Shown: positions 31,306-44,900 of the stretch, one piece after another
Position numbering within the stretch: position 1 is the first letter of the stretch
Layout: each line of letters starts with the position of its first letter
Source: Macrostomum lignano
Taxonomy: Eukaryota
Assembly: GCA_002269645.1 (NCBI GenBank)
Contig: NIVC01000146.1
Span: 310,001 to 374,000 of the forward strand
Length of the DNA stretch: 64,000 bases
Reading direction: 5' to 3'
Notes under the pieces: model-generated
The model's database searches: none
Told to the model about the DNA's origin: nothing
What the model saw: only the letters and a program-made list of their open reading frames with translations
Made by a program: the position numbers and the translations under genes

Positions 31306-33489
31306 AATGGCAAACACAAAACTTAAAGTAGTGTCCCAAATGACCCTAGGACTCGGAGTGGTTTTGCCATTGGAACGAAATGAACACAAGTCAGAAGTTA
31401 CGAGTAATAAGTGCATTTGAAAACGCGTAAAAGCACAGCTTTTAATGTCTGGAACTTGCGAAATTTAGGCACTTAGGTTTATTTAGCTATTCTCTAGCGA
31501 CCAAGATTTGTTATTTATGTTACTGCGATGCTCAAAAAAGGAAAATTCAGAGAATCAAAGGAAGCGAGAAATTTTCAATTTTCTATGATTCGTTTCTGAC
31601 GCACACATCGTTTCAATTATCGCTGTTTCGACTTCCACTCTCCTTGTATTGTGATTCTGAAGCAAGCTCGACACTTCAGTAGTCATTAATAGTTTTTATT
31701 CAGTTAAATAAGTATAAAGAGCCTTCATTTTGGTTGTTTGTAGCAACTCATTACAATTTATTGAACTTCAGTCAAGGACGATTTTAGATAGCTTTTCGAA
31801 ACGAAGAATGTAAAACTTCAAGTACAGTACATGCAGTATTGTTATGAATTCTTATGTTATGTATTATGGCTTTTGTATCTGACGGATTCTGAGTTTATAA
31901 TTAAAACTTTCTGTCAAATCAGTCAGTCTACACTTTAGGCATTTTCACAGGCTAACTTACATGTAGATATGTGCTTAAAGCCAAAGGCGACTTATATATG
32001 TATTTTACATTTACATGTAGTCTGCCACAAATTTTATGGTGACTTTTTATAATCAGTAATCCCATATATCTACGATAGTTATTAATATTTAAAGCATTAT
32101 TATAGTTGGAAAAGGATTTTGAAGTGAATTATTAATCGGTCGGCACGCCAGACACGATCGAGATCAGGTTTGTCACAGAATTATCACTGTTTAAGATAGC
32201 TAGGTGACCGATACAATCTTGGTCATCTGTGCTTTACTTTTATGCGTACTTTACACACGTGTGTACGTGTACTTTATTCTTCTACACTATGAATTGGATA
32301 TAGTCCCTTGACGACCCCTCTAGACACCAAGCGACGGCCCAGCTTTACTTTTCCGTGAATGAAATCCGCCATTTTGTGACACCCGAGAATAATCACAGTA
32401 AAATTTCGCCTCAATCCATACTGGATTGATATACACAACTGGAAAAACGTCACATCTGGAATCGTTGCCATAATTATCCCACGACTAGAGTCTCTTCGAT
32501 GTGCGATATTTGAGAACACCGGCGGAGAGAGGCGCGCATAATTACATGAGTATGAGCTGCGCTACGTCGCTTTTTGTCTGGCCAGGCCGGCACTTGCAAT
32601 ATGCGCGCCGCATTAAGAAGAAACCCGATTGACCGAGCAGAAATCTGACACCCTGTGTGGTTTGATGGCCGCACAAAGGGTGCCTGTACACGCCCGCTGG
32701 CCTTGAAATAAGGATTCGCCAAGAGCAAAGGCGCCAAAGCAAAGAAAAAAATAATCCAGCTTTTGTTCAGCTGCTTAAGAAGCTTGTAGATGAGCCGGCA
32801 ATCCCTGAACAAACCATTTCAATTTTACAGTTAGAATACACCATGTTTGGCCAATCTGTAGCTGCAGGTGGGCCACATGGTCTCACCATCCTCCGCCCCG
32901 AGTTAAACTGCCTACAGCACTCCCCGTCTGACGCCCGGCCAGTCGTCTCCATTCCATTCCCAAGAATCCACCGGCAGTCGAGTGCTTATCCCAGCTGCAT
33001 TAGTTGATTGTAGAGAAGCGGCCGTTCCCCAGACTCTGGCAGACGCATTAATACATAATGCGCTCGATTTCACGTCAAAAAATGGGACATGCTGATGAGA
33101 TATGACGATAAGCCGAGGTAAATGTAAAAAGTGCAGGATTAAAAAGTCCGGAATGGCCTTGCTGCCATGCAGTGGCGAAAGCGGGACCTGGCCTAGTATT
33201 TTACCTGACGGACTTACAGTTCTTAGTGTAAAAATTAATTAAACTAGACTTCGATCAGTATATACATGCAATAATGAGCGTGCAAATCTCTCTAATACTG
33301 GAGAAATGGGAGCTGTAAGTCGGGAGGTACATTTAAAGGAGAATAATTGCTACAATTCGATCATTATAAATGTATAGTTGAAGTTCATTTCTTAGCTCAT
33401 CCTCATCCTCGGAGGCTCTGAATCCACCAGATTAGGGTTTAAGAATGTGTGGTGCTTAAATGCTGATGCAGATTCCAAGTGTGTAGGAA

Positions 33490-34440
33490 TTTAGGATTCC
33501 GAGTGTTGGATTCCAAATGCAGGATTCCGAATGCGGGATTTCGAGTGTAGGATTCTGAATGCGGGATTCCGAATGTCGGATTCCAAGTGTTGGATTCCGA
33601 ATGCGGGATTCCGAATGCGGGATTCCGAATGCGGGATTCCGAATGCGGGATTCAGAATGTGGGATTCCGAGTGTGGGATTCCGAATGCAGGATTCCGAAT
33701 GCGGGATTCCGAGTGTGGGATTCTGAATGCGGGATTCCGAATGTGGGATTCCAAGTGTTGGATTCCGAATGCGGGATTCCGAATGCGGGATTCCGAATGC
33801 GGGATTCAGAATGCGGGATTCCGAGTGTGGGATTCCGAATGCAGGATTCCGAATGCGGGATTCCGAATGTGGGATTCAGAATGTGGGATTCCGAGTGTGG
33901 GATTCCGAATGCAGGATTCCGAATGCGGGATTCCGAGTGTGGGATTCTGAATGCGGGATTCCGAATGTGGGATTCCAAGTGTTGGATTCCGAATGCGGGA
34001 TTCCGAATGCGGGATTCCGAATGCGCGATTCAGAATGCGGGATTCCGAGTGTGGGATTCCGAATGCAGGATTCCGAATGCGGGATTCCGAGTGTGGGATT
34101 CTGAATGCGGGATTCCGAGTGTGGGATTCTGAATGCGGGATTCCGAATGTGGGATTCCAAGTGTTGGATTCCGAATGCGGGATTCCGAATGTGGGATTCC
34201 GAATGCGGGATTCAGAATGTGGGATTCCGAGTGTGGGATTCCGAATGCAGGATTCCGAATGCGGGATTCCGAGTGTGGGATTCTGAATGCGGGATTCCGA
34301 GTGTGGGATTCTGAATGCGGGATTCCGAATGTGGGATTCCGAGTGTTGGATTCCGAATGTGGGATTCCGAGTGTGGGATTCTGAATGCGGGATTCTGAGT
34401 GTGGGATACCGAATGTTGGATTCCGAATGTTGTATTCTGA
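33490..34440. repeat. 14-bp minisatellite
   Basis: Unit gggattccgaatgc with variants. Confidence 0.95.
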
Positions 34441-35057
34441 ATGTACATTGGCCAATAGAATACAAGTTTTAGGATATAAAATCGATGCATAGTTAATTTG
34501 ATCGCTTTTTAGTTTATAAAAACGAGGCTGAGGCTCACCAGCCGCTGCCGGGACCCAGCCAGACCCAATCTACTTGTCGGCTGATCTGAGGCTCCAGTTC
34601 AAACTGGGGGTAAGAGGTGAATTTTGATTACCATGGTCGGACCAAACGAAGCTTTGGTATATTTTTTGCCAACAAGTCAGCGCTGAGCAGCTGCTCAATC
34701 AGTGCGGATTGATTGGCTGAGGTTGGTGCTCATGCTCACAACAGACGCAGGGCCAGGGGTGATTGGCAGCTCGCGGCGTCTGGAAGGGAGCCTCACGTGA
34801 TCCGGGAGAACAAAACATGCTCAGAGTGCCTGCACATGCAGTCTGAAGAGCTGAAGAGCCGCGACAAATTACGATCAGGAGTTTGCCCAGTTGACCTAGA
34901 AGAGACAATTACTTCGACAAAAAGAATTACATCGAGTCGTACTTTCTAGCGACGCAGTACACGCTGTAAGTGGGTTGTAAAATTCAGTTCTGAAGTCCAA
35001 AAAACAGCATTTCAATAAGATCATCAATAATGTTCACTCATGTACTAATGACTAGTC

Positions 35058-35300
35058 ATTGAACTCACTAATCCTCAACTCGAACTCACTAATCCTCAAT
35101 TCGAACTCACTAATCCTCAATTCGAACTCACTAATCCTCAATTCGAACTCACTAATCCTCAACTCGAACTCACTAATCCTCAATTCGAACTCACTAATCC
35201 TCAATTCAAACTCACAAATCCTCAATTCGAACTCACTAATCCTCAACTCGAACTCACTAATCCTCAATTCGAACTCACAAATTCTCAATTCGAACTTACG
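35058..35300. repeat. 21-bp minisatellite
   Basis: Unit gaactcactaatcctcaattc. Confidence 0.95.
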
Positions 35301-35379
35301 AACATTTCGAAGGCAAAAACTCAGATAACCTCGTTCACTTTATTATGAAGTAGAATAAGTAGAATCTTCAGCTTGCGAC

Positions 35380-36470
35380 ACATGCCTCTAAGACACTTTG
35401 AGTTTGAGACACATGACTCTGAGACACTTTGAGCTTGAGACACATGACTCTGAGACACTTTGAACTTGAGACACATGACTATAAGACACTTTGAGCTTGA
35501 GACAAATGACTCTAAGACATTTTGAGCTTGAGACACATGACTCTAAGAAACTTTGAGCTTAAGACCCATGACTCTAAGACATTTTGAGCTTGAGACACAT
35601 GACTCTAAGACACTTTGAGCTTGAGACAAATGACTCTAATACACTTTGAGCTTGAGACACATGACTCTAAGACACCTTGAGCTTGAGACAAATGACTCTA
35701 AGACACTTTGAACTTGAGACACATTACTCTAAGACATTTTGAACTTGAGACACATGACTCTGAGACACTTTGAGCTTGAAACACATGACTCTAAGACATT
35801 TTGAACTTGAGACACATGACTCTGAGACACTTTGAGCTTGAGACACATGACTCTAAGACACTTTGAGCTTGAGACACATGACTCTAAGACACTTTGAGCT
35901 TGAGACACATGACTCTAAGACACTTTGAGCTTGAGACACATGACTATAAGACACTTTGAGCTTGAGACAAATGACTATAAGACACTTTGAACTTGAGAAA
36001 CATGACTCTAAGACATTTTGAACTTGAGACACATGACTCTGAGACACTTTGAACTTGAGACACATGACTCTAAGACATTTTGAACTTGAGACACATGACT
36101 CTGAGACACTTTGAGCTTGAGACACATGACTCTGAGACACTTTGAACTTGAGACACATGACTCTGAGACACTTTGAGCTTGAGACACATGACTCTGAGAC
36201 ACATGACTCTGAGACACATGACTCTAAGACACTTTGAGCTTGAGACACATGACTCTAAGACACTTTGAGCTTGAGACACATGACTCTAAGACATTTTGAA
36301 CTTGAGACACATGACTCTAAGACACTTTGAGCTTGGGACACATGACTCTAAGACACTTTAAGCTTGAGACACATGATTCTAAGACATTTTGAACTTGAGA
36401 CACATGACTCTAAGACACTTTGAGCTTGAAACACATGATTCTGAGACATTTTGAACTTGAGACACATGAC
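35380..36470. repeat. 31-bp minisatellite
   Basis: Unit gagacacatgactctaagacactttgagctt. Confidence 0.96.
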
Positions 36471-36588
36471 TCGCAAAATTTGAAACCCTTGACCCGTGTC
36501 TCCGTGGCTCTATGAACGCATATAACTGACTCAGACGACCCGATATTTGCACCGACACCGCCGCCGCCACCGCCCATCAGCGCCGAGC

Positions 36589-37002
36589 ATGGGCGCCGTG
36601 GACGGCATGACCCTGCAGGAGGTGACGCTGATGATGCAGCCCTTCGATCACTGGACGGAGCGGCGGCTTGGCAGCAACGAAGCGGAGGAGAGCAGCGGCC
36701 AGGCGGGCGGGCCTCCGAGGGCAGAAGCGCACCGCAGCAGCTGGAGGCGTCAGGCCGGACCCGTAGCCGCCGAGGACAATCGCCACGAAGGCGGACTGTG
36801 CAGTCCGACAGCGATCAAGGTCCTGTGCTCGAGTCTCGCGATCCTATCCGCCCTCGGACTGCTGCTGTACCTCATCATGCGGGCCGCCATCGATGAGGAA
36901 GAGGAGCGGGAGGCCCTGCGGAAGGCGGTAGCTGCTGCCTGTTCTGCCGGCAGGAACGCCAGCAGTTGCGCAGCGGCGACGACTGCGGCTGCGACACTTT
37001 AG
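36589..37002 (+). CDS. Hypothetical single-pass membrane protein, 137 aa
   Basis: GC-rich, non-repetitive ORF between two arrays, with an acceptor-like cccatcAG 8 nt before the ATG and a hydrophobic segment IKVLCSSLAILSALGLLLYLIM. No family recognised. Possible 5'UTR exon donors at 34610 and 34966. Confidence 0.6.
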   Translation: MGAVDGMTLQEVTLMMQPFDHWTERRLGSNEAEESSGQAGGPPRAEAHRSSWRRQAGPVAAEDNRHEGGLCSPTAIKVLCSSLAILSALGLLLYLIMRAAIDEEEEREALRKAVAAACSAGRNASSCAAATTAAATL

Positions 37003-37099
37003 GGAGTCACCGTCAGTGCAGTCTCAGAGCTGTGCAGGTTCTCTGAGTAGCTTTGCTTCGATTTGCCAGCTGCACAATAAGTTGTGAGCACTCACGCCT

Positions 37100-37750
37100 C
37101 CCAATCCCTGTCTGCATTCATACCCACCTCTCCCAGTCCCTGTCTGCATCCATACCCACCTCTCCCAGTCCCTGTCTGCATCCATACCCACCTCTCCCAG
37201 TCCCTGTCTGCATCCATACCCACCTCTCCCAGTCCCTGTTTGCATCCATACCCACCTCTCCCAGTCCCTGTCTGCATCCATACCCACCTCTCCCAGTCCC
37301 TGTCTGCATCCATACCCACCTCTCCCAGTCCCTGTCTGCATCCATACCCACCTCTCCCAGTCCCTGTTTGCATCCATACCCACCTCTCCCAGTCCCTGTC
37401 TGCATCCATACCCACCTCTCCCAGTCCCTGTCTGCATCCATACCCACCTCTCCCAGTCCCTGTCTGCATCCATACCCACCTCTCCCAGTCCCTGTTTGCA
37501 TCCATACCCACCTCTCCCAGTCCCTGTCTGCATCCATACCCACCTCTCCCAGTCCCTGTTTGCATCCATACCCACCTCTCCCAGTCCCTGTCTGCATCCA
37601 TACCCACCTCTCCCAGTCCATGTCTGCATCCATACCCACCTCTCCCAGTCCCTGTCTGCATCCATACCCACCTCTCCCAGTCCCTGTCTGCATCCATACC
37701 CACCTCTCCCAGTCTCTGTCTGAATCCATACCCACCTCTCCCAGTCCCTG
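37100..37750. repeat. 32-bp minisatellite
   Basis: Unit gtccctgtctgcatccatacccacctctccca. Confidence 0.96.
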
Positions 37751-37837
37751 CCTGCATCTGGGGCTGCATGATTCTGCCCTTTAATCCGCTCTGAATCTCT
37801 TTTCACCACATTTGAACTGCTTTTTCTGCTTTTTTAA

Positions 37838-38475
37838 CATCGCGTGGAACAAAAGTCATGTTGTTTAGGCCGTAAGTCATCTAAAAATAAATATTTTTCA
37901 ATGAAATCTTATGCTCAAAGAAGCATTACCATAGCTGCCGAAAATCAAGCAAATCAACTTCGACGTGTCCATAGTGCGTGCAAAAAGCTGTGGAAGCGAA
38001 ATTGGAAGAATGGATCCGGACCCGACGCGCTTTCAATTTTATGCAGCAACTCGTCATGCCAGAAACTCGGAGATTCAGGCACTGGAGTTCATCAAGACCT
38101 GCATGGTTGCCGCTTGGGGTGATTGTGTTCCATCTCTCCGGACTGTATCAGATACAGCACCGATGGATGAAGGACGTCAAGGACGCCAAGGTGCTCAAGA
38201 ACACATGAGCTGAACCCAGAACGCGCTCCGTGGCGCGACCTTCAACAGTTGTCAAGAAGTTGTAGATGCCGGATTGCAGATGTTGCGAGGGAGGCCTCTC
38301 TTAAAGTGCCCTCAGAGACCACAGGTCACCCTGCTGGTGGACCACTGCCAGCGTGTCTTGAAGCGAATGGACATTACATGTATGTTACTGGCTAGAGTTA
38401 TCAAACGTTTTTAAAATTTTACCAAATTCTTCAACTGGCGGCACTAACAACAGGACTGTTGTTCCACCCGAAGTA
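37838..38475 (+). mobile_element. Decayed, internally deleted Tc1/mariner element (~640 bp)
   Basis: Imperfect ~20-bp TIRs (catcgcgtggaacaaaagtc / gactgttgttccacccgaag followed by TA). Frameshifted mariner-like C-terminal peptides ALRGATFNSCQEVVDA and CLEANGHY. Confidence 0.65.
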
Positions 38476-38509
38476 TAGAATATTTTATATTTTTAGAAAT
38501 TATACCCAA

Positions 38510-39161
38510 GCGGCGTCGCCATGGATTTTATGGTCGGGGGACAAAGGCAAGAATTTTACATGTACATGTACATAACTAAGTTCCTACATGTACGAGTACA
38601 TTACTGATCGTATTTTGACAATCGGTGTTGTCAGCGCTCATTTTAGCGCCGCAGACAATCATTTTAGCGCCATGGGCAATCATTTTAGCGCCGCAGGCAA
38701 TCATTTTAGCGCCATAGGCAATCATTTTAGCGCCATAGGCAATCATTTTAGCGCCATAGGCAATCATTTTAGCGCCATAGGCAATCATTTTAGCGCCATA
38801 GGCAATCATTTTAGCGCCGCAGGCAATCATTTTAGCGCCATAGGCAATCATTTTAGCGCCATAGGCAATGATTTTAGCGCCGCAGGCAATCATTTTAGCG
38901 CCATAGACAATCATTTTAGCGCCATAGACAATCATTTTAGCGCCATAGACAATCATTTTAGCGCGATAGGCAATCATTTTAGCGCCGCAGGCAATCATTT
39001 TGGTGCCGCAGGTGCTATATACGATTTTGGAGCCTTGAAACAAATTATTGATTTCCATAACTGGCTACAAGGTGGGGTAGGGGTGACAAAGCATTGGCAT
39101 GTCCCTCATAGCTTTTACTGCAGGAGACATGTCCCCCAGCAGTCCCCCCGATGGCGACGCT
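38510..39161. mobile_element. MITE-like shell with short TIRs enclosing a 21-bp minisatellite
   Basis: gcgtcgccat (38513-38522) and atggcgacgc (39151-39160) are exact inverted repeats with G-run/C-run subterminal tracts. TSD not resolved. Confidence 0.4.
38635..39010. repeat. 21-bp minisatellite
   Basis: Unit ggcaatcattttagcgccata. Confidence 0.96.
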
Positions 39162-41159
39162 GTACTGAAAAGAGTGACCTTTTACAATTCTACAAGGCGC
39201 GTACGAACTTAATTGTGTATGATTGTAAAATTAATTCTGTAACAATTCAAATCAAACTAATAACCAGGTTGACTAATGAAACAGTCTGATGTTACTAAAA
39301 ACATTGAAACTCTTTCACATCTCGAACGCTCGAAGTCCGGAATTTTTCATGATCCTTAATAGTATTTTTGTGCATTAACACATGTACCAATCGAGAGCAA
39401 GTTCGACTATTACATCATTTGATCTTAAAATAAAATACAGAAAGCAGAACAGTAAGAGTTTAACACAGAGTACTCACTGTGTTGCTGGAAAGCAACTTTT
39501 AATATGCATTCTCTTATTTACTATATATAATGAATTGTATAATTTCTTTGTAACCAACATAGATGCGACAATATAAAGCGCGTTAACCAAAGCACAGATT
39601 AACAAAAACAAAATCAACCCATGGGTTGCCCAGTATCATTAAATGGGTTGATTCGCTTAAATTTTAATGTAAGATTGCACAGATAAATCATTTTGCGCGA
39701 AGGATTCTCAAGGGATTCTAAGGTGCTATAGACGTGCTTTTCGAATAAGCAAGACGAAAATTGCCTCAGATTATGCTTCAGGTACGTAGCAGGCAGAAGA
39801 AAAGCCGACTTTCTGCTACAGCAAAACTTTTTGCTGATCCAAAAAAATGGACAATGATGGGAATGAAAATGTAAAGATAACAATGTCCTGAATGTTAAGT
39901 AGCGCTTTTAAAAGTAAATTATAAATACTATGCAATGCAGTATCGCGTGTAACAATATGGAGATAGACAGACAAGCCGGAACCAAATCTGGACAATGCTT
40001 ACTTAATCAACAGAAAACGAACGTTATGTCGGCGAACAAGTAATTATGCCATTTTATTAATAAAACAAGTATACAGAATTTTTATTGTTAGCTGTATTTT
40101 TTAACTTACTATGACTATTTTAGAATTATATTAAAATATTAAAAAGACAATGATTGAAAACAAAACGCTAAAGATTAACAAAATAATTAGGTTTAACCTT
40201 CACACGTGTAAATTGAAAAATCTATTTTTTATAATCTATTTATGTAACCCAGACAGTTATAAACAAAGTTATTCGTTATGCATAAATCGTCAGTCTTGAC
40301 TTTATTAAAAACTTTTTTTTGATGGTTTATGGTGTCGAAATAGTCTAATTTCGTTGTAATACTATACCGTTGATAATATTTGTTGTTTTAATGAACGAAA
40401 AAATATACATTAAAAACAAGTCTTTATGACAACTTTTGACACAAAAATTAAAAATAATGGCGCAACTACGAAAATTCTATTACGTCAGATAAAAGCGATC
40501 TATTATTCATTTACGTCACAGAAACTCTGTCGCGACACAAACCATTGTGACTTGCCCAAAAAATAGTCGAAATTAGTCGAACATATTCGTTTTCACAGAA
40601 AACTGAAACTAGTGAAAAAATAGACAGCAGAAGCAACAACAATATTTAGGTGTTTTTCAGCAAACCATGAGTAACTAAAAATTATAATTCAGTTCCACCT
40701 GTGCACGACTAGAGGTAAAACAAAATATAAAAGTAAACAATAAACAATGATTACATGTGACAACAGCACGAAAATAAAAATGAAAATAACACACCACAGA
40801 CACATCGGGCAAGAGAATAGAAAACAAAAGCAGACTTAATATATGCATTCATATAAAGCATCTTAGGCTATTTCAGTAACTAAAAGCTAAACAATATGTG
40901 GAAAGTTTTTTGTCGTAAAATACACAAATTAGTTTGCATCAGAGCAGAAAATTAAAATTGGCGGAATGGATTGCGTTTCCAGGAATTGTAAACATCTACC
41001 TTTGCCGAGTGTGTATTTAAAGTGCGGCATATTCTTTAGATAAGTTCTGACGCACGTCTTAGCATAGGTATGGCGCTCCACTATTATTTCTGCTAAGGAT
41101 ATAAGAGACATCCTTTTATAATATTTGATAGATTTGTAAGGCCGGGTAGTTCTCTGAGT

Positions 41160-41840
41160 AGGTCTAGCACTTCTCTTAGTAAGTCTAGCACTTCTTTGAG
41201 TTTTGGTGTCTAGCACTGGGGTCTAGCACTCTGGCACTCTAGCACTCTAGCACTGGGGTCTAGCACTCTGGCACTCTAGCACTGGGGTCTAGCACTTTGA
41301 GGTCTAGCAATTCTCTGAGTAGGTCTAGCACATCTCTGAGTAGGTCTAGCACTTCTCTGAGTAAGTCTAGCACTTCTTTGAGTTTTGGTGTCTAGCACTG
41401 GGGTCTAGCACTCTGGCACTCTAGCACTCTAGCACTGGGGTCTAGCACTTTGAGGTCTAGCAATTCTCTGAGTAGGTCTAGCACATCTCTGAGTAGGTCT
41501 AGCACTTCTCTGAGTAAGTCTAGCACTTCTCTGAGTAGGTCTAGCACTTCTCTGAGTAGGTCTAGCACTTCTCTGAGTAGGTCTAGCACTTCTCTGAGTA
41601 GGTCTAGCACTTCTCTGAGTAGGTCTAGCACTTCTCTGAGTAGGTCTAGCACATCTCTGATTACGTCTAAAACTTCTCTTAGTAGGTCTAGCAACGGAAT
41701 GGGCGACGCTCGCCTCCCCGCTGCGTCTTCGGACTGCCCTGCAGTTAAGAGTATAAGGTCTAGCACTTCTCTGAGTAGATCTAGCACTTCTCTGAGTAAG
41801 TCTAGCACTTCTCTGAGTAGATCTAGCACATCTCTGGGTA
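41160..41840. repeat. 21-bp minisatellite with a duplicated composite block
   Basis: Unit ggtctagcacttctctgagta. Confidence 0.93.
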
Positions 41841-41963
41841 GGTCTGAGAGCGCTCTGTATTCCTGACTAAAAACGTCAACTCAACATTTAATTCACAAAA
41901 CTGTGCCGCAATTCTGTCACAGGGAAAGAGGCAGGGAGAGAGAGAGAGAGGGATCGGCGCCTG

Positions 41964-44900
41964 TCAAAACGGCCACCATTTCTTGTCCTTATCTTTGTAC
42001 TTTTGCGCCAGCTGGCCGGCAACATTCCTGTGCTGCTCGGCAGAGTTCTTCATCCGTTCGGTCTGCTCGTCCACTTCGCTCAGCTTCTCGCCGCGCTCCA
42101 TCGCTTTCTGCGGGTTGTCGGGGCGAAAATAAGGGAGGGGATTCAGACGGCTGCCGAAATGATTAATTTGTGCAAGGGAAAACAGGCTAAAGGTATATAA
42201 TGTGCAGCAAAATATCGGAATGAAATTTATATTCATCGGGTATTCTAGTATAATAAAAGCTTGGAGCTTCTGTACTCAAAGGGCTTGTAAGAAGGCAAGA
42301 AGTAGGAGGGGAGAAGTCGGAGGGGAGAAGTCGGAGGGGAGAAGTCGGAGGTAAGAAGTCGGAGGGTGGAGAAGTAGGAGTGGAGAAGGCGGAGGGGGAA
42401 GACGGAGGGGAGAAGGCGGAGGGGAGAAGTCGGAGTGAGAAGTCGGAGGGGAGAAGTCGGAGGGGAGAAGGCGAAGGGGAGAAGTCGGAGTGAGAAGTCG
42501 GAGGGGAGAAGTCGGAGGGAGAAGTCGGAGGGGGAGAAGTCGGAGGGGAGAAGGCGAAGGGGAGAAGGCGGAGGAGAGAAGTCGGAGGGGAGAAGTCGGA
42601 GGGGAGAAGTCGGAGGGAGAAGGCGGAGGGGAGAAGTCGGAGGGGAGAAGGTGGAGGGGAGATGGCGAAGGGGAGAAGGCGGAGGGGAGAAGGCGGAGGG
42701 GAGAAGGCGAAGGGGAGAAGACAGAGGGGGAAGGCGGAGGGGGGGAGGCGGAGGGGGAAGGCGAAGGGGAGAAGGCGGAGGGGAGAAGGCGAAGGGGGAA
42801 GGCGGAGGGGGGAAGGCGAAGGGGAGAAGACGGAGGGAGGAAGGCGGAGGGGGAAGACGGAGGGAGGAAGGCGGAGGGGGGAAGGCGGAGGGGGGAAGGC
42901 GAAGGGGAGAAGTCGGAGGGAGGAAGGCGGAGGGGGAAGGCGAAGGGGAGAAGGCGGAGGGGAGAAGGCGGAGGGGGAAGGCGAAGGGGAGAAGGCGGAG
43001 GGGAGAAGGCGGAGGGGAGAAGGCGAAGGGGAGAAGACAGAGGGGGAAGGCGGAGGGGGGAGGCGGAGGGGGGAAGGCGAAGGGGAGAAGGCGGAGGGGA
43101 GAAGGCGAAGGGGGAAGGCGGAGGGGGGAAGGCGAAGGGGAGAAGACGGAGGGAGGAAGGCGGAGGGGGGAAGGCGGAGGGGGGAAGGCGAAGGGGAGAA
43201 GTCGGAGGGAGGAAGGCGGAGGGGGGAAGGCGAAGGGGAGAAGGCGGAGGGGAGAAGGCGGAGGGGAGAAGGCGGAGGGGGGAAGGCGAAGGGGAGAAGA
43301 CGGAGGGGGAAGACGGAGGGGGGAAGGCGGAGGGGGAAGGCGAAGGGGAGAAGGCGGAGGGGAGAAGGCGAAGGGGGGAAGGCGGAGGGGGGAAGGCGAA
43401 GGGGAGAAGACGGAGGGAGGAAGGCGGAGGGGGGAAGGCGGAGGGGGAAGGCGGAGGGAGGAAGGCGGAGGGGGGAAGGCGAAGGGGAGAAGGCGAAGGG
43501 GAGAAGGCGGAGGGGAGAAGGCGATGCCAGAAATTCAATGAATGGCAGTATAAGAGCTCAAACAAACAAGAACTGCTTTGAAAGCGAAATTCAAGGGATA
43601 GCAGCATAAATTAATGATGGAGCCGGCTGAATATCAAACAGAAATCCTTAGTGAAACTGTATCATTGAAAAGCTTAGTCGAGTCCCAAAGGAGATTATTG
43701 CCGAAATGTTATGGTATGAAGTAGCACTTATCTATCTTTGCAGACGAATCAGTTGACTGCATCTGCACGGCTCCCTGTCTGATGCTTAGCAAGTAATTTT
43801 GTTGCTTTTTGTTTAAGATCAACCAGTAGAGGGTGTAATATTTAGTGAGCTAAACCAGATAGTCAGGCTTCAATCGGGGAGACTGGAGACTAATGATGAA
43901 AAATGAGATTAAAGGAAGAAAAGAAGCTTATAAAGAATGAGAATTGAATGGAGATTGAAAAGGGTGGGATACGGTAGACAAAATGAAGAGTGAGACGAAG
44001 GATGAGATGAAGAGTGAGACGAAGGATGAGATTAAGGGTGAGACGAAGGATGAGATTAAGGGTGAGACGAAGGATGAGATTAAGGGTGAGACGAAGGATG
44101 AGATGAAGAGTGAGACGAAGGATTAGATTAAGGGTGAGACGAAGGATGAGATTAAGGGTGAGACGAAGGATGAGATTAAGGGTGAGACGAAGGATGAGAT
44201 GAAGAGTGAGATGAATGGGAAATAAGGGGTGAGATTAAGGGTGAGAGGAAGAGAGACTTAATGTAGGGTGAAACGAAGGATGAGAAGAGTGGTGAGATTA
44301 AAAGAGATTGAATGAAGGGTGAGATGAAGGGAGACTAAATAAAACAAGAGATTTCAGGAGACAGAAGCCAGGGTGAGATGAAGGGTAGGTGTAGGGCTCA
44401 CCTGCATGGCCAGCCCGATCTCGGAGGAGGCGCCAGCGGCCCTGGCCTGGACGCCCTCCATGTTGGGGCCGCGCGTCAGCTTGCAGATGCCGGCGGACGC
44501 CTTGCCCGCGGCGGCCTCGCCAACTGAAATAATAAAAACATAATCGAGTTTTTATCGTAGAAATAGCACTGAAAATCCGCTTGATACTACTAACAAGCAG
44601 AGTCGGCAGGTAATGCAAAGCAACTCACAGAGCTGCTCCCGGTCGATTGAAGACGCGCCGCTTCCGAAAAGATTCTGACCGAATTTTTCTAGAAAGTTCT
44701 TCTTTGGCGGCTCGGGCAAGTCGCAGGGAATGTACAGATCCGCCAGCATGTCGTTCAGGTCGTTGCTGCGGGTTAAATGTATTAGCAATTCATGTTATTC
44801 CTTCATTCTTTTTGGCTGGATTAGCAATCCATTCTATTCCTTCATCTGTGTTGGATAGATTAGCAATCCATTCTATTCCTTCATCTGTGTTGGCTAGATT

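Noticed and set aside
32474-32812. Faint resemblance to a CR1/L2 RT C-terminus (LIYKLL...FF)
   Set aside because: Too little motif identity to support without a search.
41392-41866. Leucine-zipper-like (LLREVLD)n ORF
   Set aside because: The heptad periodicity is just the 21-bp repeat unit.
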